DNA of 64,000 nt, from NCBI GenBank assembly GCA_045641225.1, contig JAZUGP010000073.1, positions 1,142 to 65,141 on the forward strand, read 5' to 3'. A program made the position numbers and the translations under genes. Each line of letters begins with the position of its first letter. The stretch's first letter is position 1. Positions 29,484-38,090 of the stretch are shown piece after piece. A model generated the notes under the pieces. The model was given only the letters and a program-made list of their open reading frames with translations, did not search any database and was not told where the DNA came from. The DNA comes from Acutalibacteraceae bacterium (lineage in GTDB: Bacteria > Bacillota > Clostridia > Oscillospirales > Acutalibacteraceae).

Positions 29484-30002
29484 GTGGAGGAAAACTTTAA
29501 ATGCTGTTGTTTTACGGGCTATCGCCCCTCAAAGTTCCCGTTTCCGCTCGATAAAAGCTCGGCAGAGTATATAGAGTTTGAAAACCGCCTTACAAACATA
29601 ATTTTTTCGCTCACGGAGGATGGCTGTTATACCTTTATGAGCGGTCTTGCCATGGGTTTTGATATTATTGCCGCCGAAACGGTGCTGCTGCTTAAAAAGG
29701 CTTATAAAAAGGCCTCGATAACACTTATGTGCGCCGTGCCGTTTATTGAGCAATCGAGCGGCTTTACCGATGAATGGAAAGAAAGATACAACGCAGTCCT
29801 CGAAAAGGCGGATAAAACCGTGCTGATATCCGATAAATACTTTAAAGGCTGTTACGATAGGCGCAATAAGTTTATGGTGGACCGCAGTGACTATGTCGTC
29901 ACTTGGTTTGACGGCAGAGCGGGAGGTACCAAAAACACGGTTGAATACGCCGAAAAGACCGGCAAAACGGTAATAAATCTTTACGATAGGAAAATTATTT
30001 GA
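29484..30002 (+). CDS. YpsA-like SLOG family protein (DUF1273)
   Basis: It aligns by eye with B. subtilis YpsA at these blocks: FTGYRPSKFPF, SGLAMGFDIIAAE, AVPFIEQ, YNAVLEKADK and RNKFMVDRSDYVVTWFD. Confidence 0.85.
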   Translation: MEENFKCCCFTGYRPSKFPFPLDKSSAEYIEFENRLTNIIFSLTEDGCYTFMSGLAMGFDIIAAETVLLLKKAYKKASITLMCAVPFIEQSSGFTDEWKERYNAVLEKADKTVLISDKYFKGCYDRRNKFMVDRSDYVVTWFDGRAGGTKNTVEYAEKTGKTVINLYDRKII

Positions 30003-30021
30003 CAGTATAAATATTATAAAT

Positions 30022-30047
30022 AAAGCCACCGATTTCGGTGGCTTTTA
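30022..30047 (+). terminator. Terminator after the ypsA-like gene
   Basis: aaagccaccg, an attt loop and cggtggcttt, followed by TTTTAAT. Confidence 0.7.
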
Positions 30048-30275
30048 ATATTTTCACGCATTTTTAGGCAATCATTTTATGCCTGTCTCATACATATAAT
30101 ATATATGTGTATATTGTGATTTCAGGTGATTATATGCTCAAAATTGTTAGGTTACACAACTTTTCACCCATTTCTTGACATTTTATTGCCAAAAATAATA
30201 GGTTACAGAATTGTAACCATTTTAAATGGCAAATTATTTGTGCATTTTTCATAAAATACAAGTGTTTTTTCAGGT

Positions 30276-30304
30276 TGACGGATGCAAAATTAGTGAATAT
30301 AATA
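30276..30304 (+). promoter_or_regulatory. Promoter of the yabE-like gene
   Basis: It reads TTGACG, a 17-nt spacer, then TATAAT. Confidence 0.6.
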
Positions 30305-30366
30305 CTCGTCGTTGCCCGATAATGCAATTATAAAGAGCAATGTTTCGGCAATATTAGGAGGATTTA

Positions 30367-31458
30367 ATGTTTAAATCATTCAAATCGGTTTTATCCGATT
30401 CGTTAAAGTTAATATTTGAAATAATACCGAAAAGAAGCTTTTTGGTGTCGGTTCTTGCCGCGGCAACACTTTTCTCAGCCGCATATCTCGGTAACAGCAC
30501 GCTTACTGTTAATATCTTTGACGGTGAGGATTTTTATATCGCGCGTACCTTTTCAGGCAATATAAAGGGAGCTGTCGGCACGGTTAAGCTCAAATCAAGC
30601 AGTTACAGGATATTAAGCACCAAAAAAAAGGGTAAGGTTGCAAACGTTGAGCTTACCTACACATTTCCGGTATTTGTAACGGTGGGCGGTAAAACCGTAA
30701 AAACCGTAACCCCTGCCGCCACGGTAAGGGATATCCTTTTATCACTCGGATATGATGTTGACGAAAGCGATATGATTGAGCCTTCGGCGGATACCGTTAT
30801 TACGGAAACAACGTATATTGACTATACCGATATTGAGTATATAACCGGCAGCTACGAGCAGGAGATACCTTTTGAAACCAAAGCAATTATCGATTCAAGC
30901 TATGCCGGTACCAAGCTTATTAAAGCGGGAGTAAACGGAAAAGAGCATATTGAATACACCGAAAGAATAATAAACGGTGTTTCCGAGGGTAAGGTTATCA
31001 CCGCCAAAACGGTTATTATCGCGCCTGTTAATGCCGAACAGCTTATCGGTACGGCAAACACCAAGCCTTTTGAGGCGGTAACCACAAGTGCTTCGGTTAA
31101 GTGTATTTCAACCCTTTCTCCGAGTGCCCCCATTCCGCTTGATGCAAGCGGCGTTCCCGTAAACTATAAAAAGCACATCACGGCAAATGCCACGGCATAC
31201 ACCTATACCGGCCATAACTGTTCTACGGGCGTGTCACCCCAGCCGGGTTATATAGCGGTAAACCCCAATTATATCCCTTACGGTACAAAAATGTATATCG
31301 TATCGAGTGACGGAAGATTTACCTATGGATATGCCGTAGCGGCGGATACCGGTGGATTTGCGCGCAAAAACCCCACTAAGGTCGACCTTTTTATGGGTTC
31401 GGCTTCCGATTGCAAAAGCTTCGGCAACAGAAACGTTGAGATTTATATTATTGAATAA
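30367..31458 (+). CDS. YabE/RpfB-like cell-wall protein (DUF348 + G5 + 3D domains)
   Basis: It has an N-terminal TM segment and a DUF348-like repeat. A G5 segment reads AGVNGKEHIEYTERIINGVSEGKVI. The C-terminal 3D domain reads ATAYTYTGHNCSTG...VAADTGG. Confidence 0.87.
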   Translation: MFKSFKSVLSDSLKLIFEIIPKRSFLVSVLAAATLFSAAYLGNSTLTVNIFDGEDFYIARTFSGNIKGAVGTVKLKSSSYRILSTKKKGKVANVELTYTFPVFVTVGGKTVKTVTPAATVRDILLSLGYDVDESDMIEPSADTVITETTYIDYTDIEYITGSYEQEIPFETKAIIDSSYAGTKLIKAGVNGKEHIEYTERIINGVSEGKVITAKTVIIAPVNAEQLIGTANTKPFEAVTTSASVKCISTLSPSAPIPLDASGVPVNYKKHITANATAYTYTGHNCSTGVSPQPGYIAVNPNYIPYGTKMYIVSSDGRFTYGYAVAADTGGFARKNPTKVDLFMGSASDCKSFGNRNVEIYIIE

Positions 31459-31463
31459 AAAAG

Positions 31464-31496
31464 TACCGCACGGAAAATTACCGTGCGGTATTTTTA
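31464..31496 (+). terminator. Terminator after the yabE-like gene
   Basis: taccgcacgg pairs with ccgtgcggta, followed by TTTTT. Confidence 0.85.
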
Positions 31497-31583
31497 AAAA
31501 ATCGACCGTGATTTGCTTGACATTTTTGCAGCGGAGTGATATTGTAAAAACACACGGAAGTGTTAACAATTTAAAGGGGGATT

Positions 31584-31805
31584 ATGAAAATGAGTCAAAA
31601 AGATTGGCTGGTAACATTATTGCTCAGTATTTTTTTAGGTGCACTCGGAATACACCGCTTTTATGTAGGCAAAATCGGCACGGGTATTCTGTGGTTGCTT
31701 ACCGGCGGATGCTTCGGCATAGGCGCACTTATAGATTTGATTTTAATTGCCTGCGGCAGATTTACAGATGGAGACGGAAGGATTATTTCCAACAACAACA
31801 AGTAG
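31584..31805 (+). CDS. TM2 domain-containing small membrane protein
   Basis: It reads [42 protein letters not shown], the canonical TM2 pattern. A GGGGGA RBS is present. Confidence 0.85.
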   Translation: MKMSQKDWLVTLLLSIFLGALGIHRFYVGKIGTGILWLLTGGCFGIGALIDLILIACGRFTDGDGRIISNNNK

Positions 31806-31819
31806 TTTTAAGATTATAT

Positions 31820-31858
31820 AAAATACGCGAAATGTAATCACATTCCGCGTATTTTTTA
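31820..31858. terminator. Bidirectional terminator shared by the TM2 gene and spoIID
   Basis: atacgcgaaatg pairs with cattccgcgtat, flanked by A- and T-runs. Confidence 0.8.
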
Positions 31859-31866
31859 TATAACTT

Positions 31867-32835
31867 TCAGCTTGCGATTTTGCATTCGGGATAGTAGTGA
31901 TAAAGGATTTCTTCGTAGGTGCTGCCCTGCTTTGCCATATAGTCGGCGCCGTACTGGCTCATTCCCACGCCGTGCCCGTGCCCTTTCACGGTAAAGGTAA
32001 ACATACCGTCCGCAAAGCTTATTTCAAAGCAGGAGGATTTGAGCGATAATGCCTTTGAAAGCTCTAAGCCGCTTATTTCCTTGCCGCAAAGCTTAAGGCT
32101 TTTAACGGTGCCCGACTCGGTTGTTTTTAAATCGGTAAACCACGATGAGCAGTCTTCGGTGTATGAGTAATCACCGTTTAACTTTATTTTAAGCTCATCG
32201 GAGGTAAAGGCAACGGTTGAAAGATAATCACTGCTTAATTTATCGTAGTTGCTGTCAACCGATATAAGATAGGGGAGGCTCTGTCCCCACACATTTTCAC
32301 AGCTTTCGGTTTTGCCTGAGGATACCGCGTGATATACCGTAAGCGCAAGCTTTCCGTCATAGGTAAGCACCTTGCCGTAAACGGAGTCTATGATTTCTTC
32401 GAGCCGTTTGGTATATTCATCGGCGCTGTCGCCCCATTTTCCCCGCAAAGCCTCCTTGCTTTGATAGCATTGGTCGGTTTCGGGGCTGTCGGATAGGTCA
32501 TAGTTGTTTTTTGTTGACTGCTTTTTACGGCAGGCAAAGGTGTAGGCGGCAACCGTTTGGGCTTTTAAAGCCTCGTCATCAAAGCTTTGGGGCATTTCGC
32601 TCGCAACACAGCCGAAAAGGTAGTCCTTTGCGGATACCTTTTCGATTTTTCCGGTTTCGCTTATCAAAATATTAAAGCTGTCATAAGCGCGGGCTTTTGC
32701 TTCGTAGAGTATTTCATCGGCTGTTACGGCAGATGTCGGTTTATTTTCTGCCTTTTTTTCGCTGCTTAAAGCTCCGAGCGGTATAAGAAGTACCGCCGCC
32801 GCCATAACAATCCCACATAAAAAAACGCTTTTCAT
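31867..32835 (-). CDS. spoIID: Stage II sporulation protein D (SpoIID/LytB lytic transglycosylase family)
   Basis: It has the AQTVAAYTFA, YHAVSSGKTE and GHGHGVGMSQYGA motifs. The ATG at 32835 is preceded by AAAGGAGAGG. Confidence 0.92.
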   Translation of the reverse strand: MKSVFLCGIVMAAAVLLIPLGALSSEKKAENKPTSAVTADEILYEAKARAYDSFNILISETGKIEKVSAKDYLFGCVASEMPQSFDDEALKAQTVAAYTFACRKKQSTKNNYDLSDSPETDQCYQSKEALRGKWGDSADEYTKRLEEIIDSVYGKVLTYDGKLALTVYHAVSSGKTESCENVWGQSLPYLISVDSNYDKLSSDYLSTVAFTSDELKIKLNGDYSYTEDCSSWFTDLKTTESGTVKSLKLCGKEISGLELSKALSLKSSCFEISFADGMFTFTVKGHGHGVGMSQYGADYMAKQGSTYEEILYHYYPECKIAS

Positions 32836-32938
32836 ATCGTCCTCTCCTTTATTTAAAACTATTGACTTTTTCTGCCTGTTTATATACAATATACTATGGC
32901 GTTTGTCCGAATATTATGATGCTTTGAAGGAGCCGCTT

Positions 32939-33802
32939 ATGAAATATAAGCATATCGTGGTTGTATCCGCTGTTATAACCATTGCGTGCACGGTGCTCCG
33001 CACCCTGCAACAGGTTTTTGCTATAGACATTAAAACGGGCTTTTATATCGAAGGCTATGAGCAAATAGGCTCGTTTACCACCGCCGTTATTATGCTCGGT
33101 ATTGTAATTTTGGCGGCAGTTTGTCTATCGGTAAAGCGCAATCCCGTGAGTATGCCGCAGCCAAAACCGTTTTACGGGTTTTGCTGTGTGGTAATGGGCG
33201 TTGTAATGCTTATATATGCTATGAGCACCCGATTTTCACAAAGGTTGCCTGATTGGCAGATACTTGTTTTGAGCATTTTGGGATTTATATCGGTTATTTA
33301 TTTTGTGATATACGGGGCAAGCTCGGTAATCACCATTAAGGTGCCCGCGGTTTTGTTTGCCGTTCCGGTAATGTTTTTCATATTTAAAATAATTTGTCTT
33401 TTTACAACCGTTTCATCAATAGCGGTGATAAGTGATAATATCTTTATAATTTTTGCCGACTGCGCTTCGCTTTTGTTCATATTTGAGCTTGCAAAGGCGG
33501 TGAACGGTATAAAAGAACGCACTCTTTATAAAAAGTTTTTGATGGGTGCAATGCTTGCAATAGCGCTTAATGTGATAGCCGTTGTTCCAACATTTATAAG
33601 CGGTCTTATTTCGGGCAGTATCTATTTCAGGTACGGTAATATAGACGCAATGCTCTGTGTTGCGGTCATTCTGCTCGCCGTTTCGGCTGTAAGAGATATG
33701 TTCAGCTTAAAAAATGTTAATGTTATCCGTTCACATCTTGTGGGTACTGACATAGAGGAAATCTCCGGATTTTCCGTTGATGAAGACGCGGAAAATTATT
33801 AA
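32939..33802 (+). CDS. Polytopic membrane protein of unknown function
   Basis: It has about 8 hydrophobic segments and no motif that I recognise. The ATG at 32939 is preceded by GAAGGAG. Confidence 0.6.
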   Translation: MKYKHIVVVSAVITIACTVLRTLQQVFAIDIKTGFYIEGYEQIGSFTTAVIMLGIVILAAVCLSVKRNPVSMPQPKPFYGFCCVVMGVVMLIYAMSTRFSQRLPDWQILVLSILGFISVIYFVIYGASSVITIKVPAVLFAVPVMFFIFKIICLFTTVSSIAVISDNIFIIFADCASLLFIFELAKAVNGIKERTLYKKFLMGAMLAIALNVIAVVPTFISGLISGSIYFRYGNIDAMLCVAVILLAVSAVRDMFSLKNVNVIRSHLVGTDIEEISGFSVDEDAENY

Positions 33803-33867
33803 AATACCGAAAACGGCTGATTTTCGGATTTTTGGGGTAATAATAAAACGAAAGGGAGTGTTTTCGG

Positions 33868-35154
33868 TTGGAAAAGTTTGTTATAAACGGCGGGAAGCCG
33901 CTTAAGGGCAGTGTTCGCATAAGCGGTGCAAAAAATGCCGCTGTGGCAATCCTCCCCGCTGTTTTACTTTCGGACGAACCGTGTACAGTCGAAAATCTCC
34001 CCGAAATCTCCGATGTTCATACCATACTTAAATCCATGAGTATGCTCGGTGCCCAGATAAAAGCGGTCAATAAAACAACCGTTATCATAGATCCGCGTCC
34101 CGTGCGTTCCTTTGTTGTCACAAAGGAAATGGCGGAGGGTATGCGTGCTTCAAGCTATTTCTTAGGTGCGTTGCTCGGCAGATGCCACCGTGCCCGTGTT
34201 GCGCCTCCCGGCGGTTGTGATTTCGGTGTTCGCCCCATAGACCAGCACATAAAAGGCTTTGAGGCGCTCGGCGCAAAGGTCAGCATTGAAAAAGGTATGG
34301 TAGATGCGAGAGCCTCGGCGCTTTACGGCTGTTCGATATATCTTGACGTTGTAACGGTGGGCGCTACCATAAATATAATGCTCGCTGCCGTTAAGGCAAA
34401 GGGACTCACGGTTATCGAAAATGCCGCGAGAGAGCCGCATATAGTTGACCTTGCAAACTTTTTAAACTCTATGGGCGCAAACATTATGGGCGCCGGTACC
34501 GGAGTTATCAAAATAAGGGGTGTATCGAGTCTGCACGGCTCGGATTACAGTATAATACCCGATCAGATAGAGGCAGGCACATATATGGTGGCTGCCGCCG
34601 CAACACGCGGAGACGTTCTCGTTGAAAATGTAACCCCCAAGCACCTCGAATCGATAATTGCCAAGCTTTCGGAGGCGGGTGCCACGGTTGAGGAGTATGA
34701 CGAGGCGGTAAGGGTGAAAATGACCTCGGCACCTAAAAAGTGCAATGTTAAAACAATGCCGCACCCCGGTTTTCCGACCGATATGCAGCCGCAGATAGCA
34801 ACGCTTCTTGCAACGGCGGAGGGTACAAGCATAGTATCCGAGGGCGTGTGGAACAACCGCTTCAGGTATGTTGACCAGCTGACCCTTATGGGTGCCGACA
34901 TTAAGGTGGACGGGAGAATGGCTGTAATTTCGGGTGTTAAAAGACTAAAGGGCGCACCCGTAAAGGCGGTAGACCTGAGAGCCGGTGCCGCGATGATAAT
35001 TGCGGGACTTATGGCGGACGGAGTTACCGAGGTCACCGAGATAGACCATATCGACCGCGGTTACGAAAACATTGCGGAAAAACTGAAAAATCTCGGCGCG
35101 GATATTGAGCGCGTAACTATACTTTCCGAAAGCATAGAGCTTAAGCAGGCATAA
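33868..35154 (+). CDS. murA: UDP-N-acetylglucosamine 1-carboxyvinyltransferase
   Basis: It reads GGKPLKGSVRISGAKNAAVAILPA and has a Cys-containing loop (PGGCDFGVRPIDQH). The start is TTG. Confidence 0.97.
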   Translation: MEKFVINGGKPLKGSVRISGAKNAAVAILPAVLLSDEPCTVENLPEISDVHTILKSMSMLGAQIKAVNKTTVIIDPRPVRSFVVTKEMAEGMRASSYFLGALLGRCHRARVAPPGGCDFGVRPIDQHIKGFEALGAKVSIEKGMVDARASALYGCSIYLDVVTVGATINIMLAAVKAKGLTVIENAAREPHIVDLANFLNSMGANIMGAGTGVIKIRGVSSLHGSDYSIIPDQIEAGTYMVAAAATRGDVLVENVTPKHLESIIAKLSEAGATVEEYDEAVRVKMTSAPKKCNVKTMPHPGFPTDMQPQIATLLATAEGTSIVSEGVWNNRFRYVDQLTLMGADIKVDGRMAVISGVKRLKGAPVKAVDLRAGAAMIIAGLMADGVTEVTEIDHIDRGYENIAEKLKNLGADIERVTILSESIELKQA

Positions 35155-35212
35155 AATATTTTTTTGCAAAGCGGCAGTTTTGTCGCTTTGTTTTTTAGAG
35201 GTTGGTGAAAAA

Positions 35213-36001
35213 ATGGCAAGACTTTGTCCGCTTTTCAGCGGTTCAAGCGGTAACAGCACACTTATCGTACATAAGAACACAAAGATACTTGTTGATGCGG
35301 GTATGTCCTTTAAGGCGATAAACGAAGCGCTTGAGGCAAATGAAACCGTTATAGGCGATATAGCGGCGGTTGCAGTTACCCACGAGCATTCCGACCATAT
35401 AAAGGGATTGAAAACCGTCTTGTTAAAAAGCGGAGCAAAGCTTATAGCAAGTCAAACCACCGCCGAAACACTCACAAGAGCAGGACTTGTTCCCGCCGGT
35501 ACCGAGATAATAACCGCAGATACAAGCAAAGTTGCGGTAGGGGATATAGAGATAACCCGTTTTGCCACAAGTCACGACTGTGCGGGCTCGAGCGGATATT
35601 CTTTTTTGCTTTCCGACGGCAAAAAGATTTCCACCTGCACCGACACCGGTATCGTTACCGATGAAATAAGAAACGCGGTGACAAAAAGTGACGCGCTGCT
35701 TTTTGAATCAAATCACGATATAGATATGTTAAAGCGCGGCCCTTATCCGCCCGAGCTGAAGCTTCGCATTCTTTCGGATAAGGGGCATCTTTCAAACAAC
35801 ACCTGCGCTTTGGAGCTTGTAAGGTTTTTCACAAGCGGCACAACAAGGTTTGTCTTGGCACATCTCAGCCGTCAGAACAACCTGCCTATGCTTGCGCTCT
35901 CCTGCACTAAAAACGCATTGCTTGATTTGGGCGCGCAAAAGGATAAGGACTATCTGCTTTATGTTGCAAAACCCGAAAAAGGCGAGGTAGTCGCACTATG
36001 A
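35213..36001 (+). CDS. MBL-fold metallo-hydrolase (YycJ/WalJ-like)
   Basis: It has FSGSSGNSTLI and the HEHSDH motif. It precedes rlmH, as in Bacillus. Confidence 0.88.
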   Translation: MARLCPLFSGSSGNSTLIVHKNTKILVDAGMSFKAINEALEANETVIGDIAAVAVTHEHSDHIKGLKTVLLKSGAKLIASQTTAETLTRAGLVPAGTEIITADTSKVAVGDIEITRFATSHDCAGSSGYSFLLSDGKKISTCTDTGIVTDEIRNAVTKSDALLFESNHDIDMLKRGPYPPELKLRILSDKGHLSNNTCALELVRFFTSGTTRFVLAHLSRQNNLPMLALSCTKNALLDLGAQKDKDYLLYVAKPEKGEVVAL

Positions 36002-36477
36002 TAAAGATAAGGTTTGTTACCGTTGGCAAGCTCAAAGAAAAATATTTTAAGGATGCCGTATACGAATATGCAAAACGGCTTTCAAGATACTGTGATTTAA
36101 GCTTTGCTGAGCTTAATCCCGAGTTCTTACCCGAACAGCCCTCAAATGCCGAGATAAAAGCGGCGCTTGAACGTGAGGCGCAGGCAATATCAAAAAGCCT
36201 TATCAAAAACGGGTATAATATTGTTTTTTGTATAGAGGGCAAACAAAAATCAAGCGGGGCATTTGCCGAAGCGGTAAAGGAATGTGAAAACTCAGGCAAA
36301 CCGATAAACTTTATCATAGGCAGCTCTTACGGACTTTCGGATACCGTAAAAAGTGCGGCGGACCTTAAACTTTCCTTTTCCCAAATGACCTTTCCGCACA
36401 AGCTTTTCAAGGTGATGGCACTTGAGCAGCTTTACCGTGCCTTTAAGATAAACGAGGGCTCGGCTTACCATAAGTAA
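35998..36477 (+). CDS. rlmH: 23S rRNA (pseudouridine1915-N3)-methyltransferase
   Basis: It is a 159-aa SPOUT-type protein reading KEKYFKDAVYEYAKRL...IGSSYGL...MTFPH. Confidence 0.94.
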   Translation: MIKIRFVTVGKLKEKYFKDAVYEYAKRLSRYCDLSFAELNPEFLPEQPSNAEIKAALEREAQAISKSLIKNGYNIVFCIEGKQKSSGAFAEAVKECENSGKPINFIIGSSYGLSDTVKSAADLKLSFSQMTFPHKLFKVMALEQLYRAFKINEGSAYHK

Positions 36478-36492
36478 ATATTAAAAAAATGC

Positions 36493-36521
36493 TTGACCTT
36501 ACAGGGCAGTTATGGTATAAT
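36493..36521 (+). promoter_or_regulatory. Near-consensus promoter upstream of the rpmG leader
   Basis: It reads TTGACC, a 17-nt spacer, then TGgTATAAT. Confidence 0.7.
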
Positions 36522-36527
36522 CTTACT

Positions 36528-36700
36528 ACCTCTGTGAGGCCCTTTTTATGTCTTGTTGGGCTTACTTTACGCGAATACACTTTAGGTTGTATTGTGCTTT
36601 CCGCGTATACCTTATATGGTATGGCGGTACAGCCGAGTGTCTTTCGTAATGAGGGAGGCGTTACCTGTTTAAAAACAGGCAAAAAATATTTTCCGTAAAG
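36528..36700 (+). ncRNA. Candidate structured 5' leader or small RNA of unrecognised family
   Basis: Nested complementarity is visible. GGCTTAC (36559) pairs with GTACAGCC (36627), TACGCG (36568) with CGCGTA (36602), AATACA (36574) with TGTATT (36588), and TACC (36608) with GGTA (36618). A terminal CCTGTT/AACAGG hairpin (36664-36679) is followed by an A/T run. There is no credible ORF. Confidence 0.3.
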
Positions 36701-36714
36701 CGGGAGGTGCCGTT

Positions 36715-36864
36715 ATGAGAGTAAAAATCACACTTGCTTGCACAGAATGCAAGCAGCGCAACTACAACACAATGAAAAACAAGAAAAATGACCCTGACAG
36801 ACTTGAAATGAACAAGTACTGCAGGTTCTGCAGAAAGCACACCTTGCACAAGGAAACAAAGTAA
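36715..36864 (+). CDS. rpmG: 50S ribosomal protein L33 (not in the ORF track, 49 aa)
   Basis: My own translation is [61 protein letters not shown] is present. Confidence 0.93.
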   Translation: MRVKITLACTECKQRNYNTMKNKKNDPDRLEMNKYCRFCRKHTLHKETK

Positions 36865-36873
36865 GGAGGACGT

Positions 36874-37548
36874 ATGATGAAGACAGTCAATAAAATTTGT
36901 CAGATTCTTGCAATCGTCTTCGGCGTTGCTTCTCTTGCCCTCTTCTTCACCGAGTTCGCAACCGTTGTATCAAACGGCGAGTCGATTTCATTTATCGGTG
37001 CGCAGTTGGGCTTTGGCGGCGGCAAGTACAATCTTGCAAGATCAGCGGATATTCTTTTCTGCTTCTGGCTCACCTTAATAGGTCTTGTACTCAGCGCTCT
37101 TTCCTTCAAATCGAAGAAGCTTCGTTACACCGCTCCCGGATTTGCGCTTGCTTCGGGTATATATATGCTCGTTATCGCACTCAGCAAGCCGGAGTATTTC
37201 GTTGACAAGCGTCCGCTTGAAAACGTTACGGCGATCAACTATTCGAGCTTTGTTTTGCTTACTGCAATCGCCCTGTTTGTATTTACCGGATTTGCAATCG
37301 CTTATCTTCTTATAGATGATTTGATAGAAGTCCGCGAATCAAAGGGTGCAAAGAGAACTATATGTCAAAGGATTATTGCTTTCTTCCGCGATTATAAGAG
37401 CGAAGTAAAGAAAATCGTTTGGCCCGGTTTCAAGGATATCGTAAAAAACACAGGCATAGTTCTTCTTATGTGCCTTTTAGTCGGAATTCTTATCTGGGCT
37501 GTTGATTTCGGTCTCGGTAAATTGCTTGATGTTATTCTCGGCCTTTAA
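36874..37548 (+). CDS. secE: Preprotein translocase subunit SecE with a long N-terminal multi-TM extension
   Basis: The last ~58 aa (FFRDYKSEVKKIVWPGFKDIVKNTGIVLLMCLLVGILIWAVDFGLGKLL) align with the 59-aa B. subtilis SecE. They are preceded by about 165 aa with four hydrophobic segments. It sits between rpmG and nusG. Confidence 0.85.
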   Translation: MMKTVNKICQILAIVFGVASLALFFTEFATVVSNGESISFIGAQLGFGGGKYNLARSADILFCFWLTLIGLVLSALSFKSKKLRYTAPGFALASGIYMLVIALSKPEYFVDKRPLENVTAINYSSFVLLTAIALFVFTGFAIAYLLIDDLIEVRESKGAKRTICQRIIAFFRDYKSEVKKIVWPGFKDIVKNTGIVLLMCLLVGILIWAVDFGLGKLLDVILGL

Positions 37549-37562
37549 TAAGGAGGAGTACG

Positions 37563-38090
37563 ATGTCTGAAACAAACGAAGCAAAATGGTATGTTGTTCA
37601 TACCTACTCGGGTTATGAAAACAAGGTCGCAAGTGACCTTGCAACAATGGTTGAAAGTCGCGGAATGCAGGATCTTATTCAGGATATCAGAATCCCGACC
37701 GAAACCGTTACCGAGATTAAGGACGATAAGAAAAGAGAAATCGAGAGAAAGATTTTCCCCGGTTATGTTCTTATCAAGATGATTGTTAATGATGATAGCT
37801 GGTATGTTGTCCGCAACATAAGAGGTTGCACGGGCTTCGTAGGCCCCGCATCAAAACCCGTTCCGCTTACCGACAGTGAGGTTGCGGCCTTAGGCGTTGA
37901 AAAGCACAGCGTTGAGGTAGGCTACAGTGTAGGCGATAACGTAAAAATCATCAGCGGTCCGCTTGAAGGTTACAACGGAGTTGTTAAAACCGTTGACGCG
38001 GCTAACAACAACGTATGCGTTGTACTTTCAATGTTCGGCAGAGAAACACCGGTTGAGCTCGAGCTTGATCAAATTTCGCTTGCCGAATAG
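37563..38090 (+). CDS. nusG: Transcription termination/antitermination factor NusG
   Basis: It has the KWYVVHTYSGYENKV NGN domain and a C-terminal KOW domain (GDNVKIISGPLEGYNGVV). Confidence 0.97.
   Translation: MSETNEAKWYVVHTYSGYENKVASDLATMVESRGMQDLIQDIRIPTETVTEIKDDKKREIERKIFPGYVLIKMIVNDDSWYVVRNIRGCTGFVGPASKPVPLTDSEVAALGVEKHSVEVGYSVGDNVKIISGPLEGYNGVVKTVDAANNNVCVVLSMFGRETPVELELDQISLAE

Noticed and set aside
30050-30366. A possible c-di-AMP (ydaO-type) riboswitch upstream of the yabE/Rpf-like cell-wall gene
   Set aside because: The region is AT-rich. The leader from the predicted promoter is only about 60 nt and lacks the GC-rich pseudo-symmetric helices of that class. The 65-aa antisense ORF 30130..30327 is also rejected.
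36443-36698. ORFs 36489..36698 (+) and 36443..36682 (-) in the rpmG upstream element
   Set aside because: They have no RBS and start within or before the promoter. They cross multiple stems, so the region is better explained as noncoding RNA.
36528-36700. Identification of the rpmG upstream element as 6S RNA, SRP RNA or a T-box
   Set aside because: It has no long 5'/3' closing helix with a central bubble (6S). It lacks the SRP domain IV motif, and it lacks a T-box sequence or specifier architecture. Length and motifs do not fit.
36897-37315. Alternative-frame ORFs inside secE (36897..37205, 37085..37315, 36900..37109)
   Set aside because: They are shadows of the secE reading frame, Arg/Ser-rich, without RBS.
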